From Octopus sinensis (lineage: Eukaryota), in the NCBI RefSeq assembly GCF_006345805.1, contig NC_042998.1:63240001-63304000 (forward strand): a stretch of 64,000 bases of DNA, given 5' to 3'. Under the pieces are notes generated by a model. That model had not been told where the DNA came from. It made no database searches and saw only the letters and a program-made list of their open reading frames with translations. The translations under genes were made by a program, and so were the position numbers. Of this stretch, positions 54,058-64,000 are shown piece after piece. Positions within the stretch are counted from its first letter, which is position 1; every line of letters starts with the position of its first letter.

Positions 54058-54558
54058 CAGGGGTTGAACAAAATGATGGAAACACCTTGAAATTACAAAC
54101 AAATTTATTTTAATACGTCAGTAAATACTACTTGAATCCTAAGAGCTATGGCTTCCTACAAAGTTTGACTTGTTTCCAAAGGAATTTCATCCATTCTTCA
54201 GCTAAAACAGTCCCTAGTTCTTGTAGTGATGATGGTGGATGATATCGATTCCTTGTTTGTTTTTCTAAAATGCACCATAGATGTTGAATAATATTGAGAT
54301 TTGGGGATTGCGGTGGCCAGATAAGATGTGCAGCCTCACTAGAATGATCCTCGTGCCATTCGATAACAAATTTAGCTGTGTGAATTGCTGCATTTTTTAC
54401 AAAATATATTAAGAAACAGCATTTTAGCAAAATATATGAAACAACAGTAATAATAAATCAAGAAACATAAAAATAAACAAGCTTTTGACGATTTTATATA
54501 TATTTCAAAATCACGATACTATGATGCTAGTTGTTTCCATTACTTTGTCCAGCCCCTG
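54058..54558 (-). mobile_element. Internally deleted Tc1-like element with TIRs and TA TSD
   Basis: ta|caggggttgaacaaaatgatggaaaca ... tgtttccattactttgtccagcccctg|ta. Minus strand gives NAAIHTAK...WPPQSPNLNIIQHLW. Confidence 0.88.
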
Positions 54559-54567
54559 TAGGTATGC

Positions 54568-54705
<138 letters not shown>

Positions 54706-54789
54706 TTCTGTTGGTAGTTTGTCCTCTCTGTGTCTACGTATTTTTCTCTCGTTGGTGATGTCCTGTACTTTTTCATTTATATATACATA

Positions 54790-55195
54790 TAGGCACAGGA
54801 GTGGCTGTGTGGTAAGTATCTTGCTTACCAACCACATGGTTCCGGGTTCAGTCCCACTGCGTGGCAATTTGGGCAAGTGTATTCTACTATCGCCTCGGGC
54901 CGACTAAAGCACTGTGAGTTGATTTGGTAAACGGAAACTGAAAGAAGCCCATCGTATATATGCATGTTTATGTATATATGTGTGTGTGTTTGTGTGTCTG
55001 TGTTTGCCCCCCCCCCAACACCGCTTGACAATCGATGGGGGTGTGTTTTCGTCCCCGTAACTTAGCGGTTTGGCAAAAATAGACCAGTACAATAAGTACT
55101 AGGCTTACAAAGGATACGTCCTGGGGTCAATTTGCTCGACTAAAGGCGGCGATCCAGCCAAATGACTGAAACAAGTTAAAGAGTACAGAGTAAAG
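54790..55195 (+). mobile_element. SINE-A, full length (empty target-site reference)
   Basis: ggcacaggagtggctgtgtggtaagtatcttgcttaccaaccacatggttccgggttcagtccc...gactgaaacaag. Confidence 0.92.
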
Positions 55196-55249
<54 letters not shown>

Positions 55250-56028
55250 GGAGGGAGAGTGAGTGATGAAAGGGGAGTAGAAATGTGAAAGAGAAATCAT
55301 GTATCCCTCACATACATGCAAATATGCGAAATAGCAATTATACGAGTGCGGTTGTAAGTATGCAAATGAACCAGAGTCGACGCCGAAATACACGCTCAAA
55401 CGACTTACATTTTCTGTAATAATATTTATTCCACTTCACCCACCCCCGCCTTAATAAAAAGTAACAAATTATCCAGAATATTTTTTCTATTCGTCGAAAA
55501 TACATACGAATCTAATTACAAGTTGAAGCCATGCTAGAGAAACTAACTTTTGCAAAAAGTCGACGTGTGTAATGAAGTGTACACATTCTGGCAGCTGCAA
55601 ATGACTGGATTAATGCAGTGAATACGAAGCACAAGAAGATTATATAAAGAAAGGAAAAGAGGGAGAAACGTGCTAGAAGATATGAAGGGATGGCGAAACT
55701 AGTCAAGATCTGAACGACGTCTAACAACTTGGTAAATCCAATATCGTTTAGTCTAAAATAGATTACAAGAGCACCTCCATTAAGTGCATCGTTAAATTCC
55801 TTTCATCTTTAAATAAACAAAAATACATATTTCTTTTCGATTGCAGTTTCTACGTTCGAGAAGAATAAATCCACGTACCCAATGACGCATACCTATGTAT
55901 CTATATATCTATCTTTGCAGATATATATGTACACACACACACACACACACATATATATATTATATGTATATATATATGTGTATATATATATGTACATATA
56001 TATATGTGTGTGTGTTCTTATATATATG

Positions 56029-56101
<73 letters not shown>

Positions 56102-57029
56102 TATTATATATATATATATATATTATATATATAATACATATATATAATAGGACAATCCGTTAGTTGTCATAATAATACTCAGAGTTTCAGATGCCGGGTC
56201 TAAAGTACAACTTTATTAATTGCAAGGTATTTTCCGGCATCTGCGCGCCAAAGTGAAGATATTTGAAAAATGCACCCAAATATAATTTGTAGAAATTTAT
56301 ACATGAACGGTTTCGGTTGTGCGCTCTGTATCTACTTCTGGAAATTGTGTTTTGTAAGCGACAGACTATGCTGACGATCTTGCAGTTATCTGCGTGTTTG
56401 CATACTTAGATATAAACAAGTCAAACCATTGGTACGTAGGTAATCGTTTTTTATTTTGTTTATTTTCATTTGTCTTGCTCATTTTTACATTTTCGCGTTT
56501 TGCTGAGATTGCTCTTGGGGAACACATTATTCGTGTTAATGGCGATTTGACGTCTATGTTTTGCATATAGGGTGTCTATTTTTATGGTTATTCCTCTTGA
56601 TTGTATATTATATATATATATTATATATATATATATTTATATATATATATATGAATGCATGTATATATGTTCTTTGTAGACGTTTCTTCGCGAAGAATAA
56701 CATAGCTGAAATCATGCATGAGGGTGGTTTTTCTGATAATTTTATTGATAATTTTTCCATCGTAATGATTAAATGCTTTCAAATCATTAGATGTCGAAAA
56801 ATTGCATGTGGGTTGTTGTTACTTCAATGCTCAGAGTTTGTTTCGTATCATAAAGAGTCTTTGATTTGGGATCAAGTTTTTGCTTAAAACGGGATTCAGC
56901 TCTTCTTTTTGCTGGTATCAGAGTTTCTTTGATATATACTAAATTTCTATTCGGGAGGTGACAGCGATGACACAAAGTAGCACTACATACCCACACAAAA
57001 AAATATACACATGAGTTCACATAGATAAA

Positions 57030-57237
57030 GTTGTGTTCTTGAGCACTTCATTTCCCGGTGCTCTGCGATAATTTCGTCATCTAACATGTGGCAAAAACTG
57101 TCCGATGAACGGCAACGGGAAACTCAGAGTAACAGGTTTTGTTGAATTTTCTGCTGCTTTAAATAAAGCATATTACTCTACCACTGGTATTTGAGTACTC
57201 TTTTTTCAACCTTGTTTCATATTTGTGTTTACTCCGG

Positions 57238-57238
<1 letters not shown>
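57030..57238 (+). repeat. Short (TA)n-adjacent repeat with a hammerhead-like motif at 57098-57135
   Basis: CUGU-CCGAUGA-...-GAAACUC-A-GAGUA-ACAG: stems I and III pair, GUA cleavage triplet, degenerate core and stem II. Confidence 0.5.
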
Positions 57239-57303
<65 letters not shown>

Positions 57304-57325
57304 TATATATATACATGTATGTATG

Positions 57326-57371
<46 letters not shown>

Positions 57372-57452
57372 CACATATATATATATATACATATACATGC
57401 ACACACACACACACAACACACACACACACACACACACACACACCACACACAC

Positions 57453-57507
<55 letters not shown>

Positions 57508-57926
57508 AGGACTTTCATTCTAAGCCGGCTGCATTGCTACTCAGAACTCAGAACCGTGAAGGCATTTTTATCCAAATACGCCAGCTAAGCTAAGTTGAAC
57601 TGTCTAAAGTCGTAAGACACCCGCTGTTTTTGTCCTGTTATTAATATTATTGTTCTTTGTATCTATATTCGTGTGGCATCATCCATTTTTCTATCCTTGT
57701 TTCGTATACATTCGATCCTTTTTCCAAGAAATCTAATGCTCGTAGCTTAGTTTTTCCTTGGGGCTGGCCGGATCGGAGCGATCTCAAGATTAGTCAGCCG
57801 ATATTGCGAGAGTGATCCGGTTCTTGACTGAAGATTAGAGGCTTCGAATGACCCGTCCGTTTTTTGTGTCGTCTATTTGAATGTTTTGCGTTCTTGTCCC
57901 ATTTTGTATTTTTTATATATATTTTA

Positions 57927-57967
<41 letters not shown>

Positions 57968-58712
57968 GCTATACATGCATATATGCATACAGGACATCAG
58001 AAAAGCTTTGAACAGATTGGCATAAAACGAACGCATAAAAACAAAAGCATAGAAACGAACATGTTTTCGAACAACGAAAGAAACAAAGAGAGACACGAGA
58101 CATAAAACATAAAGAATATTCTCCTTCTTCAGTTGTCCCTGTTTCATCTACTTCACCTTTTGCAGGCAAGAAGAAGACGCGAATTCGTTGAAACAGTCCT
58201 TCCCGCAAAGCAAATTAAATAAAACCTCGAATTTTTTGCGGAGAATGAAAGTGTAAACAAGAACAGGGCATTGAGAGCAAAGCAGTAAAAAGATCAGGAG
58301 AGTGAGAAATAAAAATACTAAAAAAAGAACAGGACAGTGAGAACAAAACAGTAAAAACAAACGGTGCGAGCTGTTAAGTCGAGACGACAGAAAAATTATT
58401 CTGAACGCGCGGAAAACGAGCTTATGAGGGAGACAGAATTAAGCACGTTTTTTCTTTTCGCGGGTTGTGGGCAGAAAGACAGATTGTCTTTTGTCACGTG
58501 TCAGCGACAAGAGAGTCGAGTAGGAGAACTGAGAAAGAGGGATCAGTGAAGAGGAGAGGAGAAGAATAGGGAAGGGTGTGAAAGAAAACCAGAAAGGATG
58601 AAGAACAAGAGAGCGAAATAAATAGACAGAGAAGAGATAGTAAATGTAGAAGAGTGCACATCGCAATTATTAAGAAACTTGGAAAAGAATGCGTGGCGTT
58701 CGATCATATAAT

Positions 58713-58763
<51 letters not shown>

Positions 58764-59047
58764 TATATACATACATATATGTACATACATACATATATAT
58801 ATAATAATATGTACATATATGCATATATACATACATATAATTGTTCTATCGTCTCGGCTTAACAGCTCTCGCTGTTTTTTTTCTTTCCATTTGACTTGCT
58901 CGCTTACGTTCGGACGTTTGCTAAATTTCTTTGAGAACATTCCTTTCTTAGTAGTAAGACCATAGCGGATCTACTTCTAGCGTAATGTATGTCCACGTAG
59001 TGGTCATCCCACTTATATATATATTTGCGTATATATATATATATATA

Positions 59048-59198
59048 TACGGCGGTCGCCTATGTTTTCCGTCGACAAAATCCACTCACAAGACTTTGCT
59101 CGGCCCAAGGCTATAGTACAAGGAGCTGCGCACACAGACTGAAATCGTAACCATGTATTTGAGAAGCAACCTTCTGCCCACACAGTCAGGCCTGCACC
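59048..59198 (-). mobile_element. SINE-A 5' part, degenerate
   Basis: aaatccactcacaagactttgctcggcccaaggctatagta...cacacagtcaggcctgcacc. Confidence 0.75.
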
Positions 59199-59860
59199 AA
59201 GAGATTGCGCCAAGTGTTTGTCATAAAGTTCTTGAAGAACAATGTCTCTGTGTTATTATTATTTCTTTTCAGTAATTGCGATTGCTCCACCCTTGTCAGC
59301 TTCCTTGGGGTTTATCGATGAGTCCTTTTATAAAATATTTGATGCCTGTGCTTGGTTTTTAGAGACGTTAATTTAACATTTCATCCTCATCTCTGTATTA
59401 CTGGGTTGTACTGATTGTTGTAGTTAGGTTATGTAATCTTCCATGTATTTGTTTCCATTTCAGGGACGTTTGAATCTTTTTTTCGCTTTGAGTAGTGATT
59501 CATCTGTATAATCCACATTTAGAAAAAGGTCTTTTAACCGTCGTTTTCGGTAAAATGTGTGCATGAATATATGCATGATTATGTAAAATATTTACGCGTA
59601 TGTGTGTGGCTCTGTGCGTGTGTATGCATGTGATAATGTGTGTAAGTGTGTGTGTGTGTGTGTATTTGTATGCGTTTTGTCTATGTATGTGCAGCTTTGT
59701 AACATCGCTACCAACACCCGGAGAGAAACCTAGACTATATTTAAGAAAACCTGATATCAATTAAAGAACATTTGGAAACTTGCGATTAACGAAAAAAAAA
59801 GAAAAAAAAATGAACGATGCAAAATCAAACACGGTTTTTTTTTCTTCCAATATAAAGCGA

Positions 59861-59910
59861 GTCCTGATGATGACTGGAAGGAAAACAGAGTCACGAAACG
59901 ATTTGTTGAC
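59861..59910 (+). ncRNA. Hammerhead-ribozyme-like motif
   Basis: GUC-CUGAUGA-UGACU(loop)AGUCA-C-GAAAC-GAUUU-GUU-GAC. Confidence 0.45.
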
Positions 59911-60044
59911 ATCAAATGATTTGTAAACAACTAATCTTTAAAGTGGAAATCATTGTCAAAAATGAAGGAATTATCAGAAAAACAATCTTAACATGTTTTA
60001 ATATGTATATATATATATATATATATATTATATAATATATATAC

Positions 60045-60076
<32 letters not shown>

Positions 60077-60094
60077 CTTAAGTGTGCGTATGTT

Positions 60095-60166
<72 letters not shown>

Positions 60167-60711
60167 GCTCATCTCATAGCTAATGCTATACTTTTATTTT
60201 TCAAACTTAAGATAAACAAAGTTCTTTTTAATCAAAAATACAATCTCCTTCATTTGTTATTATGCTCTTCCACCTATCTGGTAGACTTGCAGGGCCCCGC
60301 TTTCAAAATTCACTTCGCCGTGATGAAAAATACTCCTTGAGTACTGTTCTGACTTCGTTTACAGAATTCCTATTTTTTACGCCAAAATGATTTTGAAAAC
60401 TGTGGAAAACTGTTTCTTTCCTGTTCCTTTTCTGTTCTCCCAGTCAACGGCCTTATCATTACTGGTTCTTCTAACTCTTCGGTTGCATATTTTTGTGAAT
60501 AAAATCGCTTTTCTTTGGAATAGAAAAAAGTCTATCTTTATTTCTTTTTTTGCTAGTGTCTCAAATTTAGGTTAAATCAGTGTTTCACAAAGGGAAGGCT
60601 TATGAGACTGTCGGACAAGGTGTTTTGAGAAACTTTGGTTTAGATGTTTGACAACTCAGCACCGTCCACATGAAGGGGGGCGTTTTGTTCGTTTATATAT
60701 CTTTTGCTCGT

Positions 60712-60753
<42 letters not shown>

Positions 60754-60759
60754 ATATAT

Positions 60760-60804
<45 letters not shown>

Positions 60805-61010
60805 TATATGGAAGTCAAGATAGAAAATGTTAAAATAATTTTATAACAAACATTTCAGTACCGGTTTCAGTCATTGTTACTTTTCAACTAACAATTAAAT
60901 TTACAAAAATTTAAAGAAAAGTTTTTAAAAGAATATATGTATAGTGTTCAAATACAAGTGGCATTTTCCTTCTTTCTCTCTGTCTCTATGTCTCTTGTTA
61001 CACACACACA

Positions 61011-61051
<41 letters not shown>

Positions 61052-61058
61052 GTATGTA

Positions 61059-61089
<31 letters not shown>

Positions 61090-61093
61090 GTAT

Positions 61094-61135
<42 letters not shown>

Positions 61136-61164
61136 TTATATATATATATGTACATATATGTATA

Positions 61165-61244
<80 letters not shown>

Positions 61245-62338
61245 CTCGAGACAGGTATTCTCTGTATAGAAAATACACTTCGTAGAGCTCAAGAGACTTG
61301 AACTTGAGCAGGTGGAGGAGTAAATGTAAAAACAAGGAAGTTAGGAAAGACGATATAAAAAATATTAACCACATTTAATACAACAGATATACGTATGTAT
61401 GCATATAAATAAGTCTGATTGTCACAGAATGGAAATATTAGGAATTTAAGGGAAGATATTCTAGACCATTATAGGGGGGGGGAGGATTTTCCAATCTAGC
61501 ATCTGTCTCTGGTGTCTTGGAAGTATCCGATGATGGGATCAAGTTACAAGCATTCTTTCGGTCCAGCAAACCCCCAGAAACAATTGTTGGACTCGTAAAC
61601 TCCAACTCAGCCCCATTAATTGCTGATATCTTTTCTGTTCTGTGTCAGTCAAACAAATTTTATATGTAAAAATATATGTACATTTTTTGCATTAAATGTA
61701 TTTAATATTTGTGTATATCGACTTCTTTGTCCTTCCGGAGACTCACACACGCAAATACATACACACACAGACACTTAGACACATCCATGCACACAACACA
61801 CAAACTCACACACAGACACGCACGCACGCACAGGAGTTTTGGGGTATTCTGCAATCTGCGATAAAATAATGTCCATCAAATGTGTACGCAATATTTTTCG
61901 CCACTCAGGTAAACAATTGCAAAGAGGTTACGCATATCCAGCCAAAATAATGCACCGATTAAGTTTATGTTGCGTGTACCTCTTTCACAATCATGAAATA
62001 CCATTAGTCAATGACGTCCTGTCGAAGATAGAGAAGGTAGGGTTATAAATGCACGCTTTCTTGTTGTCCGTTAATTTTAGTCGTGTATTTGAATTGACGA
62101 TTGACTGCCAGCACCAAAAGTCATTTTTTATTGTCTCTCCGTATATCTGTATATTACCTCTTGTTCCATTCTGTTGGTGAGCGTAAGCTCGAAACAGAAA
62201 AGGAATTTCTCTCCTTCCCAAGCGTCAAGCTAATACACATGCTTGTTGTTTATAAACGTGTATATATGTATGTATGTATATATGTATATATATACGTATA
62301 TATATACATATATGTATATATATATATATATATATACG

Positions 62339-62412
<74 letters not shown>

Positions 62413-62738
62413 TATATATATATACATATTATATATATATCTGTTTTTTGTATTGAATACGTATCGCCACCGTGGGCCACTGCATCGAACACTTTGAACA
62501 TATACTTCAAACTATATATCAACTATACATGAACTATATATCAACTATACATGAACTCTAAGATGTCTGACTCCGTTGTGTATTATAAATGAATTTCTTG
62601 TGTTTGACGGCATGAGCTGTCTCTTTTTATATATAACTTTTTTTGATAAGGTTCATTTCAGGAACTGAAACATGTTATAATGTATATATAAAAATTAAAA
62701 ATTGTATAATACAGCAGCATTTTCGAACTTCATTTTTT

Positions 62739-62787
<49 letters not shown>

Positions 62788-63151
62788 ATATATATATGCA
62801 TACATACATACATATATGTGTGTGTGCAGGCGTATGTGCGTGTGTGTATTTGTACGCAGGGTAGGAAAATTCACGGAGGTGTTTCAATATGCACTTCGCT
62901 CCTTAATTTTTAGTTTTTAAATTTCCACCAACACCATAGCAACATACACATAATTCTTAGGAAATAAATGTACCACGGCATCTAAAGGAAATTAATAATT
63001 TCAGACACCTTCATGACGTTTTACCCACTCCATATACTTACATGCATATACTTACATGCATATACTTACATACATACATGCATGCATTCATACATACATA
63101 CATTCATACATACATGCATACATACATGCATACATACATACATACACACAC

Positions 63152-63206
<55 letters not shown>

Positions 63207-63538
63207 TGTAAAAGTTACAGAGAGAGCGAGAGAGTTAGACAGTGATGGAGAGATACGAATATTGTAACACGAATCATTGCAAAGAATGTATATGATCAGT
63301 GTGTTATATGAATCAATACCTAAACCGATTTAATTGATCCTGATTTTCTTGTTAAAGAACCCAATCTTTAAAGTCTGTGTAATGGGGTTCTTAACCCGAT
63401 ATGAGAACCAATAAAATATTTCTAAGGTAAAGTTTTAATATCTGTGTTGCTGTTATGTTTTATATTTATTATTTCATCTGTATCGCTATCGCTTCCTATA
63501 AAGTTGATTCCTGTATAGAAACTCATACACATATACAA

Positions 63539-63598
<60 letters not shown>

Positions 63599-64000
63599 TG
63601 TATGTATGTATGTATGTATATATGTATGTATTTATGTGTGTACGTATGTATGTATATATATATATATATATATATACATACACACGCGTACACGCGCACA
63701 TACATTTGTGTATATATATATATACAAATGTATTTGTATATATTTCTGTATATATATATGTGTGTGTGTATATGCCTGTGTATATATATACTCTTTTACA
63801 CTTACTAGTTATATGTGTTTGTGTGTGGGCGTGCATGTGTGTGCGTATGTATGTGTGTGTGCGGGGGGAGTGTATGTGTGCGGGCGCGTGTGTTTATGTG
63901 TGTTTCAAATCTTTGAAGATAGGATAATTTAATGATATCAATATACTTCATTGATTTCTAACTTGAAGAATATTTGTTAGTAAAGAGATAAATCACTAAA

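Noticed and set aside
58350-58560. CpG-richer patch with a gtcacgtg E-box, possible promoter
   Set aside because: No associated gene or transcript evidence, and it is bounded by (TA)n-linked repeats, so it is more likely transposon-derived.
62510-62558. 22-bp tandem duplication (aactatatatcaactatacatg x2)
   Set aside because: Ordinary local slippage duplication.

Overview
AT-rich, microsatellite-dense eukaryotic DNA with no host gene that I can support. It reads as intronic or intergenic. The repeat content looks like an octopus (coleoid cephalopod) genome; this is inference from recalled repeat families, not a search. Most ORF-track entries are (TA)n/(CA)n artefacts. Real content: two abundant tRNA-derived SINE families (SINE-A with a CORE-like motif, SINE-B with a Nin-like domain) and rarer SINEs; decayed Penelope-like elements (PLEs) with GIY-YIG/RT remnants and hammerhead-ribozyme-like motifs; R4/Dong-like LINE fragments; Tc1/mariner relics; and a Helitron helicase fragment. 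Best candidate for a new system: two diverged ~2.1-2.3 kb retroelements (12086-14639 minus, 28517-30780 plus). Each encodes only an L1/Tx1-type ORF1 with no RT, and both sit at essentially the same site in the SINE-A head, in the same orientation, with target-site duplications (TSDs). Second candidate: a tRNA-headed short element with a hammerhead motif, inserted with PLE-style 5' inversion. Coordinates were read by eye and repeat edges may be off by several bases.
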